Shown in pieces: positions 9,612 to 20,000 of a stretch of 64,000 bases of DNA (within the stretch, counting starts at the first letter, position 1; each line of letters begins with the position of its first letter). A model generated the notes under the pieces. The model did no database searches and had not been told where the DNA came from. It saw only the letters and a list, made by a program, of their open reading frames with translations. Source of the stretch: Phycisphaerae bacterium (GTDB taxonomy: Bacteria; Planctomycetota; Phycisphaerae; SM23-33); contig JBHGBE010000006.1 of NCBI GenBank assembly GCA_041946855.1, positions 16,999-80,998 on the forward strand. Direction: 5' to 3'. A program made the position numbers and the translations under genes.

Positions 9612-11033
9612 ATGAAAAAGGCATGGACAGCAGCAGTCTTCGTAACCGCGATGGGAATCCTGGCCTCGGTCGCCGGCGCGCAGACACGCCCGGCGGCCCG
9701 CACCGCCCAGGATGACAACACCGCGGCCATGGTAAAGGCGATCAACTCGGCACAAGACCCCTCCGCGGCCGTGCAGGCTTACGCCGACGCGATGGCGGGC
9801 GGCCGCAAGGACCTCAAGGTCCAGCGCGCCTACATCCGCAAGATGGTCGATCTCGGCTCGCCGGAGATGGCCTACTCGCAGGCGCTGACAATGGTGGCCC
9901 TGGACCCCAACAACGGCCTGGCCTGGGCCGTCATCGCCTACGTCTCGGCGCGAAAAGGCGAGGCGGCGGCCGCACTGTCGAACATCTCCCTGGCGGCACA
10001 GAACTTCCCGGATGATCCGTTCATCCAGCGGACGGCGGCCCAGCTCATCGCCTGGTACGACAGCAAGCCGCACCCCGAGCTTGCCGAGGGCGTCAAGCTC
10101 CTGGTCGCCCGGCTGCGGGCCCGCATGGTCAACATGCCCGTCTACGCGCAGGCGTACAAGGAGACGATGGCTGCGTACAACGAATTGACCAAACAGCAGG
10201 GCCAGCCGCCTGCCGCGTCGCAGCCCGCACAGGTCGCCGGCAACCAGGGGGTCGGCCCCGCCGGCCAGCAGCAGCCCGGTGACATGGGCATCGGCGGCTA
10301 TTACGGCTACCCCCTGTATCCGTTCTGGGGCGGGGGATGGGGCTGGCCGTGGTGGGGCGGAAATGACTTCTTTTTCCGTCACCACGGGCGTGACTGCGGC
10401 GCATGGAGCAGCATCTGGCTGGCCGACGGGAGCGTGATACCGTTCCGTGACGGCCAGACGATCCTCTTCAGCAACGGGCAGCCGTTCGCCGTCGTCGGAC
10501 CCAACGGCCGGTTCTGGGGCTGGGGCGATGGCGGGGGCCGATCGCACCACGGTGAAGGCAATCGCGATGGGCGCTCGCACGGTGGCGAGGGGAGTCACGG
10601 CGGGGCCGGCGCCGACACCAACGCCCTGAGCCCGGAGATGAACGTCGCCTCGGCGCGGTCGCACACGGCCGCGTCAGGCATGAACATACTCATCGGCAAC
10701 CACTCGGAGCCCAGGTCGAAACACAACGGCATCCTGTTCAGCGGCTCTTCCGGGTACCTGGCAATCCAGGTGAGAGACCCCTTCGGCCGCAGCCTGGGCG
10801 CTTCGGCATGGGGCCGCGCCGGGACGAGTCTCGGCCGCTCAAGCCAGGTGTTCAATTTCACCGGCTCGACCTTCGGCGGGCCATCGCGGACGATTAGCGC
10901 CGGCGCTGGCGTCGCGCCGAACATCGTTGCCGGTCGGATCGTCGGAGGCGGCTTTGGCGGCGTGCTGAACGCCACGCCCTCTATGACCGTTGGCGACGGT
11001 GGCTTTGCAGGCGGGCGATTGGGGGTCAGGTGA
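9612..11033 (+). CDS. Secreted protein with TPR-like domain and Gly/Trp-rich disordered C-terminus
   Basis: Signal peptide MKKAWTAAVFVTAMGILASVAGAQT. Its central domain is homologous to that of the convergent gene 11224-12855. C-terminal low-complexity region GGYYGYPLYPFWGGGWGWPWWGG...GRSHHGEGNRDGRSHGGEGSHGG. Confidence 0.6.
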   Translation: MKKAWTAAVFVTAMGILASVAGAQTRPAARTAQDDNTAAMVKAINSAQDPSAAVQAYADAMAGGRKDLKVQRAYIRKMVDLGSPEMAYSQALTMVALDPNNGLAWAVIAYVSARKGEAAAALSNISLAAQNFPDDPFIQRTAAQLIAWYDSKPHPELAEGVKLLVARLRARMVNMPVYAQAYKETMAAYNELTKQQGQPPAASQPAQVAGNQGVGPAGQQQPGDMGIGGYYGYPLYPFWGGGWGWPWWGGNDFFFRHHGRDCGAWSSIWLADGSVIPFRDGQTILFSNGQPFAVVGPNGRFWGWGDGGGRSHHGEGNRDGRSHGGEGSHGGAGADTNALSPEMNVASARSHTAASGMNILIGNHSEPRSKHNGILFSGSSGYLAIQVRDPFGRSLGASAWGRAGTSLGRSSQVFNFTGSTFGGPSRTISAGAGVAPNIVAGRIVGGGFGGVLNATPSMTVGDGGFAGGRLGVR

Positions 11034-11223
11034 TCTCAAGTCCTTGTTTCGCCCACGGCCGTCCTGTCTGACGCACCACCAGCGTCGGACCTACAGGCCT
11101 TCTCCGTCAGGCAACCTCGCCCGATCAGGAAGAAATTCGGGACAGGCACTAGTTTTCAGGTCAACATGGCCATCGGATCGCTCATTGCACTAGCTGCTCG
11201 ACTTAGGTGGCGCCAGGCTCGAA

Positions 11224-12855
11224 TTAGCGCCGGACCTGTTCGCCGATGGTCACTCGCATCTGCCTGGCCTCGGCGGCGGCCTTCGTGCGCGGGAACCGGG
11301 CGATGATGTCGTCCAGGAAGACGACGGCCTTGGCGTTCATGCCGTTGGATATGTACAGCTTGGCCAGCTCCATCTCCTGGCTCGCGTCGAACTCCGGGTC
11401 GACCGACAAGGCGGGGCGAGTCGTCACCGCGGCCAGCGGCTGCCGGGTCTCCAGCGTGATGACCCCGTCCACGGCCGGCGGGTCAAACAGGAACATCTGC
11501 TGGAGGCTGACCTTCGCCGGCTCCTTCATCCTGGCGATCTCGGCCTGCTTGTTCTTGATGGCGGAGGCCGCGGTCTGACCGCCGGCGTAGATGGCCTGCG
11601 CCTGGCCTTTCAGCAGGGCGATGGCCGCCTTCTCCTTGTCCACCATTGCGTTGTAGTCGGCGGCGGAATACAGCCTCGGATCGATGCTGTCGATGTTGTT
11701 CCGGTGGACCTCGATCTCGCCGAGGATCCGCCAGTAGTTTCCGGCCAGGTCGCTGAAGTTCTGCTGAAGGTTGTCCAGTTCCTGTTGAGCGGCGGCGAGC
11801 TTTCGCTGGTATTCCGCCTGGTCCTCGGCCTGCTGGCGGATGGCTGAGGCCATCTTCTCGTATCCCTGCGCGAAGCGCCCGGTCCTGGCCCAATCGCCGC
11901 GGGACTCATCGATGATCCGCCTTGTCTCGTCGGGCAGTGGCACCGGCGGCTTCTGGGCGTCGTACCATGCCAGTAGCTGTCCCACGTCGCTCTGCACGCC
12001 GGGGTCGGAGTGCCCCAGATCCAGGGCCTTCACCAACGCGGCCATGGCGGCGGGATAGTCGCCTCTCTTGGCCCAGCAGTAGCCGCAGACGGCCCAGCCG
12101 ATGGGATTGCCCTCATCCACCTGCGTGAGTGTCCTGGCGGCGTCGAGGGCCATCCGCGGCCGGCCTAGTTCAAGCATCCTCCGGACGAACGCGCGGTTCA
12201 TCGCGACGTTGCGAGGGGCGATTGCGTATGCGCGGTTGTAGGCGGCAAGGACGGTGGCGATGTCGCACTTCTCGATCAGTTCGATCATCTGCCGAAGGAC
12301 CGGATCATCAACGCTGACAGCGGCGGGCATGGAGGCGCGATGGATCGTCCGTTTGACGGCCGGGGCGTCAGGCCGTTGCTCGGGGGCAGGCTGCGGGGGA
12401 CGCACCGCGAGTTCGCCCACGCCGGCGGCGGGGGTCGGAGCGGGCGAAGGGAATAAGGGCACGGCCGGGATGGCAGGGGCGGCGGGCGTCGGCACAGCCA
12501 CGCGGTCAGCAAGCTGCGCCGCGGCGTTCCCATCGGCCACTGGCCTACTGTCTGCGGAGCGCGCACCTGCGGCCGTTGGAGACTGCGGCATGGCAAGTTG
12601 CGGCTGTGCAGCCGGCAGGACATCGTGATTGGGCGTGAGCGCCGCCGCGGGTTGATGCACGTCCCGCGCCGGCAGGATGTGCCAGAAGAGGACGACGGCC
12701 GCGACGGCCATCAACAGCGCCGTCAGGAAAAGCGCCATGATCCTTGGCAGCACCACGCGCTCGAAGCGCGCGAACTTGTAGGCGTCTTCATCGCCCGCGG
12801 TGCTCGCTTCCGCCGTAGCATCCGGATCGTTCATGGCGGGACTTCCGGTCATCAC
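11224..12855 (-). CDS. Membrane-anchored protein: Pro/Ala-rich linker, TPR-like domain (paralogous to 9612-11033), C-terminal coiled coil
   Basis: N-terminal TM helix IMALFLTALLMAVAAVVLFW. The shared domain ...RAFVRRMLELGRPRMA...GWAVCGYCWAKRGD...LLAWYDAQKP aligns with ...RAYIRKMVDLGSPEMA...AWAVIAYVSARKGE...LIAWYDSKP. A 4-nt ATGA overlap with the upstream gene indicates translational coupling. Confidence 0.6.
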   Translation of the reverse strand: MMTGSPAMNDPDATAEASTAGDEDAYKFARFERVVLPRIMALFLTALLMAVAAVVLFWHILPARDVHQPAAALTPNHDVLPAAQPQLAMPQSPTAAGARSADSRPVADGNAAAQLADRVAVPTPAAPAIPAVPLFPSPAPTPAAGVGELAVRPPQPAPEQRPDAPAVKRTIHRASMPAAVSVDDPVLRQMIELIEKCDIATVLAAYNRAYAIAPRNVAMNRAFVRRMLELGRPRMALDAARTLTQVDEGNPIGWAVCGYCWAKRGDYPAAMAALVKALDLGHSDPGVQSDVGQLLAWYDAQKPPVPLPDETRRIIDESRGDWARTGRFAQGYEKMASAIRQQAEDQAEYQRKLAAAQQELDNLQQNFSDLAGNYWRILGEIEVHRNNIDSIDPRLYSAADYNAMVDKEKAAIALLKGQAQAIYAGGQTAASAIKNKQAEIARMKEPAKVSLQQMFLFDPPAVDGVITLETRQPLAAVTTRPALSVDPEFDASQEMELAKLYISNGMNAKAVVFLDDIIARFPRTKAAAEARQMRVTIGEQVRR

Positions 12856-14270
12856 TTGCTCAAGAGCGGCTTGGTTTGCGGCGTGCGCGTCTCGGCCACC
12901 AGTATCGTGATCTCGAATGACTTCGCGCCCGTCTGCCTGAACCCCGGCAGGCCGCGCAGGTCCTCGTAGGCATCGGCCGCGGCGTTGGGGTACGGCCTGA
13001 ACTCGGGAAGGTAGGCGTGCTCCTGGCGGACCTTCTGGTCGGACTTGCGCAGCATCAGGTCCAGGTACGCCGGGCTTCCGCCGACCCTTGCTGACTCCGC
13101 CATCGCCTCGCTGCGGCCGGCCGTGAGGGCCTCACGCAGCGGCTGCCGCTCCGTCAGCGCGAAGTCGCGGGCCATGGCCTTCAGGACGGCGGCCTGCGGC
13201 GTGCCCGGCCCCCACAGCCGGCCGTCGCTGTTGATGGTATAGCTTGTGCCGGCCGGCGTCGTGATGCTGACGTAGCTGGGCTGTGAGTGGTCCACCACGA
13301 CCGGGGTGGGAAGCGGCATGCGCAGCTCGGCGTCTGGCGAAACGACATCAACGAGCCGAAGCGCCTGAAGCTGCCTGTCCGCCTCGGCCAGTTGAGTCGT
13401 CACGGACTCCGCCGTTTTCCGGGCGGCCTCGACGGCCTGCTCATCCACGGGCGAGCGCGTGCGGGCTTGCTCCAGTTCGCCGTCGGCCTTGATCTTCTGG
13501 GCCATAAGGTCAAGCACGCGGGCCTGCGCCTTGCGCATCTCCGGCGACAGCGGGGGCGCTGTCGGCTTCGTCGCCGCGGGCGCGGCGGGCTCCTGGGCGG
13601 CGTACTCCGGCGCAACGACTGTCACTGCGTTGGCCTGGGCACGCTGGACGGCCTTGCGGGCATCGTCGACGACCTGCTGGGCCGCCTTGAGGTCGGCGGC
13701 TGTCGCCTTTCTCGCTTGCACCATCGCGTAGACGTCGTCCAGATGGCTCAAAGCCAGGGACAATGCCAGGCTAGCGTTGGCAAGGCGCTCTACAGATGCC
13801 TCCTTCCTGTCCACGGGCGGGCGCGTCGCGGCCGCCTGCGCCGGCTGTGCTTCGGGAGGAGCGTCAGGCGCGCTGGCCGTTGCCGACGGCCCCCAAAGCC
13901 AGGGCTGGCGGACGACCTGCCCGGCGCGAAGCTCGGCGGTCCTGCCGGTTGCGGCGTCGATCACGAACTGCCGGCCGCCGACCTGCACGAAGGCCGAGCC
14001 GTAGGCCTGTTCGACGACGACCGGCCCGTTCATCGGCGCAAGCGGCGTCCGCCAGACGATGGCCTGGTTCATGTCCTCCGTCCTGCCTTCGGCTACCACC
14101 CAGCCGTTGGCCGTGGACACCGATATCCCGATGTTCGGCCAGGTGCCGCTCAGGCCTCCGGGGACAAACCCGAAGGGCGCGCCGGCAGCGACAGCCGACA
14201 GGCCCATCAACGCCAACAGCGAGACACTCACCGTCAACCAGTTCGTTTTTAGAGCGAGACCAAAGGGCAT
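12852..14270 (-). CDS. Secreted coiled-coil hypothetical protein
   Basis: Signal peptide MPFGLALKTNWLTVSVSLLALMGLSAVAAGA and a long Ala/Gln/Glu-rich coiled-coil region. Its stop overlaps the start of 11224-12855. Confidence 0.55.
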   Translation of the reverse strand: MPFGLALKTNWLTVSVSLLALMGLSAVAAGAPFGFVPGGLSGTWPNIGISVSTANGWVVAEGRTEDMNQAIVWRTPLAPMNGPVVVEQAYGSAFVQVGGRQFVIDAATGRTAELRAGQVVRQPWLWGPSATASAPDAPPEAQPAQAAATRPPVDRKEASVERLANASLALSLALSHLDDVYAMVQARKATAADLKAAQQVVDDARKAVQRAQANAVTVVAPEYAAQEPAAPAATKPTAPPLSPEMRKAQARVLDLMAQKIKADGELEQARTRSPVDEQAVEAARKTAESVTTQLAEADRQLQALRLVDVVSPDAELRMPLPTPVVVDHSQPSYVSITTPAGTSYTINSDGRLWGPGTPQAAVLKAMARDFALTERQPLREALTAGRSEAMAESARVGGSPAYLDLMLRKSDQKVRQEHAYLPEFRPYPNAAADAYEDLRGLPGFRQTGAKSFEITILVAETRTPQTKPLLSK

Positions 14271-14621
14271 GGCAAGTTCTCCTTACTCATGGCGAGTGAA
14301 CGGTCAAACTAATAAGACACGGCGTTCCGATGAACGTAGTGTTGCGCGCGGAAGAGCTGTTCCCAAAGACTGACTGAATTCCGATTCGGCGTTCGCGGAT
14401 GGGAGCACGGCAAGTGGAAGACGAGCGAGTCCGGCGGACAAAATCGCCGCAACGGGCGCCGACCATGCCGCCCCAGGCTCCAGCGATGCCCTTTGCCGGT
14501 CCTGTCATACCCGGTGCGCCTTGTGAACGGTCTTCGACCGGGGTCAATATGAGTCCGCCACGCTTACGTATTCTACGCGGCGGGCAATCGGCTTGTCATC
14601 AGAAAAATGCGTACGGTTCAA

Positions 14622-14708
14622 CTGGGGACTGTCCCGCCGTTTGGGACTGTCCCCAGTTGCCAGGCCACGGCAGCCGGGGACAGTCCCAAACGACGGGACA
14701 GTCCCGGG
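14622..14708. repeat. REP-like long hairpin element (GGGACTGTCCC family, copy 1)
   Basis: 31-bp arms GGGGACTGTCCCGCCGTTTGGGACTGTCCCC and GGGGACAGTCCCAAACGACGGGACAGTCCCGG are reverse complements with one mismatch, separated by a 21-nt loop. A near-identical element lies at 57251-57342. Confidence 0.6.
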
Positions 14709-14803
14709 CGATAAAGATACTTGCGGAACCGCGCCGATCATGGACAATCCGCCAAACGGGTCCCGCCGCACTCGGGGCTCGGCTCATCCGGGAGACATGT
14801 GTA

Positions 14804-15883
14804 ATGGCGTCGGACGATCAACTGGCAATCGACCTCCACGACGTCGCCAAGGTCTACCGCCGGAAGGTGCATGCCCTGCGCGGCATCAGCATGCAGGTAC
14901 ACACCGGCGAGATCTTCGGCCTGCTGGGTGCGAACGGGGCCGGCAAGACCACGCTTGTGAAGATCATGATGACCATCGTCCGCCCGACCCGTGCCCGCGG
15001 GACGCTGCTGGGAAGGCCCATCGGTTCCAAGCCCACGCTGGCGCAGGTCGGCTACCTGCCCGAGCACCACCGTTTCCCGCCGTACTTGAAGGCGAAGGAG
15101 GCGCTGGCATACTACGCGGCCCTGGCACGAGTGCCCCGAGCGCAGAGGAAGGTCCGCATCGCCGATCTCCTGGCCCGCGTGGGCATGGCCGAGTACGCCA
15201 ACGCGAGGATCGGCACGTTCTCCAAGGGCATGATGCAGCGGATCGGCCTGGCGCAGTCGATGCTGAACGATCCCCGGCTGATCCTGCTGGATGAGCCGAC
15301 CGACGGCGTCGACCCCATCGGCAGGCGCGACATCCGCAACTCACTGCTGGAGCTCAAGCTGCTGGGCAAGACCGTCTTCATCAACAGCCACCTGCTGAGC
15401 GAGGTGGAAATGATCTGCGACCGCGTGGCGATCCTCCACCAGGGCCTGGTGGTCCGGCAGGGGCGGATCGCGGACCTGACGCGGGACCGCTCGTACTACG
15501 AGATCGAGCTCCAGATTGACCCGGCGACGGCAAGGGAGGCCGTCACGGCCGCGCTGGGCTGCAACTTGGTCGATGCCGCCGGGCCTGCTGCCGTGCAGGG
15601 CGCGACGGCCGTAGGGGTCGGGCAACTTCCCGACGGGCGCCGGGTGGAGCTTGACGGTGCGTTCATCCGTCTGGCCGCCGGCGATGCAGCCGGAATACAA
15701 GGCATCATCGACGCTCTGCGTCGGGCCTCGCTGACCATAAAGGCGATCCGCCCCGTCCGGCAATCGCTGGAGGACTTCTTTATCCAGACCGTGGAGTCGC
15801 AGCCGACGGAAGCCCCCGGCCGTCCCAACAATGCGCCTCCGCCATACCTGCCGGCGTCGCCCGCGGCGGGAGGCCGGGCATGA
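14804..15883 (+). CDS. ABC transporter ATP-binding protein (ABC-2/exporter type)
   Basis: Walker A GANGAGKTT, signature FSKGMMQRIGLA, Walker B LILLDEPTDGVD. Start chosen at MASDDQ with GGGAGA upstream, because the track ORF extends through the REP element. Confidence 0.85.
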   Translation: MASDDQLAIDLHDVAKVYRRKVHALRGISMQVHTGEIFGLLGANGAGKTTLVKIMMTIVRPTRARGTLLGRPIGSKPTLAQVGYLPEHHRFPPYLKAKEALAYYAALARVPRAQRKVRIADLLARVGMAEYANARIGTFSKGMMQRIGLAQSMLNDPRLILLDEPTDGVDPIGRRDIRNSLLELKLLGKTVFINSHLLSEVEMICDRVAILHQGLVVRQGRIADLTRDRSYYEIELQIDPATAREAVTAALGCNLVDAAGPAAVQGATAVGVGQLPDGRRVELDGAFIRLAAGDAAGIQGIIDALRRASLTIKAIRPVRQSLEDFFIQTVESQPTEAPGRPNNAPPPYLPASPAAGGRA

Positions 15884-17085
15884 GCCAGACCCTCGCCATC
15901 TTCGTCGATCAATACCGCGCCCTGAAGGCGCGCAAGATGTTCTGGATCGTCCTGGCCATCTCCGGGCTGGTGGTCCTCGCGTTCGGCGCGATCGGCATAG
16001 ACGACAAGGGCATGACCATCCTGGGCTGGTCCATCGGGCTGGAGATGCTCAGCACGAGCCACATGACGCGGGCGTTCTTCTACAAGTCGCTGTTCAGCGG
16101 GCTGGGGATCGGGTTCTGGCTGAGCTGGCTGGCGGCGCTGCTGGCGCTGATCTCCACCGGCGGCATCTTCCCGGAGTTCATCTCGAGCGGGGCCATCGAC
16201 CTGACGCTCTCCAAGCCCATCAGCCGCATCCGCCTGTTCCTGACGCAGTACGTCGCGGGCCTGCTCTTCGTGACGCTCCAGGTGGGCATCTTCTGCTGTG
16301 CTAGCTTCCTGGTGCTGGGTCTGCGGGGGGGAGTGTGGGAACCGTGGCTGTTCCTGGCGGTGCCGCTGGTGGTGGCCTTCTTCAGCTTCCTGTTCTCGGT
16401 ATGCGTGCTCTTGGGCGTGTGGACGAGGTCTACCGTCGCCGCCATCCTGCTGACGCTGCTGTTCTGGTTCCTCCTGTACATCCTGAACACGGCCGACGCG
16501 GGCCTGTTGGTGTTCAAGGCGTCCATGGAGCAAGAGGCCGCCAGGTCCGACAAGCAGCTCCGGCGGGTCCAGGAGCAGATCCATCAGGCGGAAGGAGGGG
16601 AAGACGCGAGGACAGGAGGACAGGAAGAGCGGAGGACAGGATCATCGCATCCGGCTAGTCAGGCCTCCCTTCCTCCAGTCGTCCCGTCCTCCCGTCCAGC
16701 GTCGGCAGCCTCCGCCAGGCGCACGTCGGGCCCATCCGAGAGCATGGATTCCCTCAAGGCCAGGGAAGGCCGGCTCCAGCAGGAGCGGGATGAGCGTCTC
16801 GCTACCGCGGCCGCACTGGGCAAATGGAATCGCGTCATCTACTGGATCAAGACCTTCCTGCCCAAGACTTCCGAGACAGTCGCCCTGCTGGAGCGCGCGA
16901 TGGTAACGAAGGCCGACATGCCCGATCTTCCAAGAGCCAGTCCCGACGCGCCGGATCGCGGCGCCGAGGATGTGACCAAGGAGCTACAGGGCCGCTCGGT
17001 GGCCTGGGTGCTGGGGACGAGCCTGGCCTTCGAGGCCGTCATCCTCGCGCTGGCCTGTTTCATCTTCTGTAGACGCGACTACTGA
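15880..17085 (+). CDS. ABC-2 family transporter permease with long low-complexity cytoplasmic insert
   Basis: ATGA overlap with the preceding ATPase gene and multiple hydrophobic TM segments. The insert contains a GGAGGACA octamer tandem array at 16607-16642. Confidence 0.7.
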   Translation: MSQTLAIFVDQYRALKARKMFWIVLAISGLVVLAFGAIGIDDKGMTILGWSIGLEMLSTSHMTRAFFYKSLFSGLGIGFWLSWLAALLALISTGGIFPEFISSGAIDLTLSKPISRIRLFLTQYVAGLLFVTLQVGIFCCASFLVLGLRGGVWEPWLFLAVPLVVAFFSFLFSVCVLLGVWTRSTVAAILLTLLFWFLLYILNTADAGLLVFKASMEQEAARSDKQLRRVQEQIHQAEGGEDARTGGQEERRTGSSHPASQASLPPVVPSSRPASAASARRTSGPSESMDSLKAREGRLQQERDERLATAAALGKWNRVIYWIKTFLPKTSETVALLERAMVTKADMPDLPRASPDAPDRGAEDVTKELQGRSVAWVLGTSLAFEAVILALACFIFCRRDY

Positions 17086-17092
17086 CCCGGCC

Positions 17093-20000
17093 TCATTCGG
17101 AGGCGAACCCCCTGCGCATCGTGTTCTCCGCGATCGTGCGGGCGTCCATGAACTGAAGGAGGTAATCCGGCCCGCCGGCCTTCGCGCCCACGCCGGATAG
17201 CTTCAGCCCCCCGAATGGCTGACGGCCGACGATCGCGCCGACGATTGCGCGGTTGATGTAGAGGTTCCCGACCTGAAACTCCTGCCGGCATTTCTCAATC
17301 CGCGATGGGCTGCGGCTGAACACGCCTCCGGTCAGGGCGAACGGCGTCGAGTTGGCCAGCTCAACGGCCTGGTCAAAGTCCTCCACTCGCATGACGGCCA
17401 GGACCGGGCCGAAGATCTCCTCCTGCGCCAGTCGGCTTTGCGGGCTGATGCCGCCGACGACGGTGATCGGCGCGTAGAACCCATCGGCCGGCACGTAGGC
17501 TGGTGGAGTCTGGTACAGGATCGCCCCCTCCTGGCGGGCCAGCTCGACATATCGCATTACCTTGTCCCGTGCGGCTGCGGAGATGACCGGTCCAAGGAAG
17601 TTCGCCGGATTCTCGGGCGGCCCGACCCGCAGCGACCGCGCGGCCGGGATGAGCCGCTCGACGAATCGCTCATACACGTCGCCCAGCACAATGGCCCGCG
17701 AGCAGGCCGAGCACTTCTGCCCAGCGTAGCCGAACGCCGACTGGATGACGGCCGGCACCGCCTCGTCCAGGTCGGCGTCGTCGTCGATGATGATCGCGTT
17801 CTTGCCGCCCATCTCGGCGATGACTCGCTTGACGGCCGTCTGGCCTTCGCCGGTCCGCGCCGCCCGCTCGACGATCCGCAGGCCGACCTGCATTGAGCCC
17901 GTGAACGCGACCAGCGCGATTCGCGGATGGTCGATCAGGTAATCGCCGATGACCTCCCGCCTGCCGGGGATGAAGTTGAGCACGCCCGGCGGCAGCCCCG
18001 CCTCGCGTAAGATGTCGCACAGCAGCCGCCCGACCACGGGCGAGTGCTCCGACGGCTTGTACACTACGCAGTTGCCCGCCACGATGGCGGCCGCGCACAT
18101 GCCGCAACTGATCGCCAGCGGAAAGTTCCACGGCGCGATGACGGCCGCCACGCCCTTGGGCTGGTAGACGTACTCGTTCAGCTCGCCCGGCGAATCCCCA
18201 AGAAGCCAAGGGCCGCCCAGGCGGATCATCTGGCGGGCGTAGTACTCTAGGAAGTCGATAGCCTCGCACACATCCGCGCAGGCCTGGTTCCATTGCTTGC
18301 CCACCTCGAAGACCTGCCACGCGGCCAGTTCATATATGCGCTTTCGCGCGACTGCGGCCGCGCGGATGAGATGCTCGGCGCGATCGCGCGGCCGCACATC
18401 CCGCCAGGCGCGGAATGCCTCGTGCGCGGCACCGATGGCGGCATCGACCTCCTTGACGCCAGCCTGGCATATCCGGCCAACTATCTCGGCAGGACGGGCC
18501 GGGTTGACCGAGTCCCACAGGTCATCGGTGGCTACATCCTTTCCGCCGATGAAGAGCCTGTGCGTCCGGCCTAGCTGCTTACGCACCGCGGCCAGCGCGG
18601 CCGTGAATGCCTCGCGCACGACCGCGTGAGTGAAGTCCGCGGTCGGTTCGTTGCGGAAGGGCGGCAGATCATCGGTGTCCCGCGGCCGCTGTGCATCGGC
18701 CGGTTGTGGCGTGGGCCTCTGGCCCGCGCGTCTCGCGGCCGTCCCGGCCGCGATTTCCGCAGGCGAGACGCCTTCGGAACGCGCGGGCGAGACGCCCATG
18801 CCACTATTCTCCGATGCGTCCTTTGGCCGACTGACCTCGATCTCTTCCCGGCTCTCCTGCGCCTCCTCGACTGCCGTCCGCGGATCGGCCAATAGCCGCC
18901 GACGGAGGCCCTCATCCGCCTTCTGCGTGAATGTCTGCCGCAGGAACGATTCGTTGGACGTGTTCTCCAGCAGGCGGCGGATCAGGTACGCCATGCCCGG
19001 CAGCATCGCTCCGTGCGGACAATAGAGCCGCACCCTTCCGGCGAGCTTCAGGAGCGCCTTGCGGAACGGCTCGGCCATGCCGTGCAGCACCTGGAACTCG
19101 TACCGGTCCTCAGGCACGCCAAACTCGCGGGCCATCTCCATCACCGCGCTGGCCGTGCGGACGTTGTGCGTCCCGCAGGCCAAATGGCAGATGTCGCTGT
19201 GCCGCAGCAGCTTCTCGGCGTTGCGCTCGAACGATGCATCGGTCTGGGCCTTGACCGTGTAGACCGGCACGGGCCAGTTGTTCTGCCGCGCGATCACCAC
19301 CTCCTGGTCCCAGTACGCGCCCTTGACGAGGCGGATGGATATCCTCAGCCGCCGCTGCCGCGCCCAGGCGAGCAGGTCGTCGGTGTCGCGGTCCGTGTCC
19401 CGCAGATACGCCTGCACCGCCACGCCCAGGCGCGGGTAATCGCGAAACTCGCCGTCCTCGCGCAGCCGTCGATAGACCTCCAGCGTCAGGTCCTTGAGCC
19501 TGTACGCCTCCATGTCGATGCACATGAAGCCGCCGATGGCGACGACCTTGCGCCCGATCACCCGCAGCCGCTCCAGAATTCGCCCGGCCGATCCCTCGAA
19601 GTCCATCGCGCTGGCCTGTGAGTAGAGGGCCGACGGCTTGACGGAGACGTTGATCCGCGGCGCGTGGCCCCAGTCCAGGTCGCCCGCGCCGCCGCCCAGT
19701 GCCGGCCAGTCCTTCTGCGCCCCGGCCAGCTCATCCAGCAGCGCCAAGTACGTCGCGACGTACCGCTCGCTCTCATCCTCGCTGACCGTCGCCTCGCCCA
19801 GGACGTCCAGCGTGAACGCGAACCCATCCCGCCTCAGCGCCGTCAGGGCCGCTACCGTTTCGGCCGCATCCGCACCGACGATGAACTGCCGGGCCATGCC
19901 CTCGACCTGCCCGCGAATGGTCCTGCCGAGCACTCTCTCACCAAGTCCGCCCAGCAGGCCGGCCCCCGCCAGGCCGACTTTCAGGAACTCCGGCACGCCC

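Noticed and set aside
9423-10664. 413-aa antisense ORF overlapping the secreted-protein gene 9612-11033
   Set aside because: Typical high-GC shadow ORF. It has no signal peptide or domain, and the sense-strand gene has a clean signal peptide and a paralogous domain.
14399-14803. N-terminal extension of the ABC ATPase ORF given in the track (start at 14399)
   Set aside because: It reads straight through the 87-bp REP hairpin and has no RBS. The conserved ATPase N-terminus begins at MASDDQ (14804) with a GGGAGA SD.
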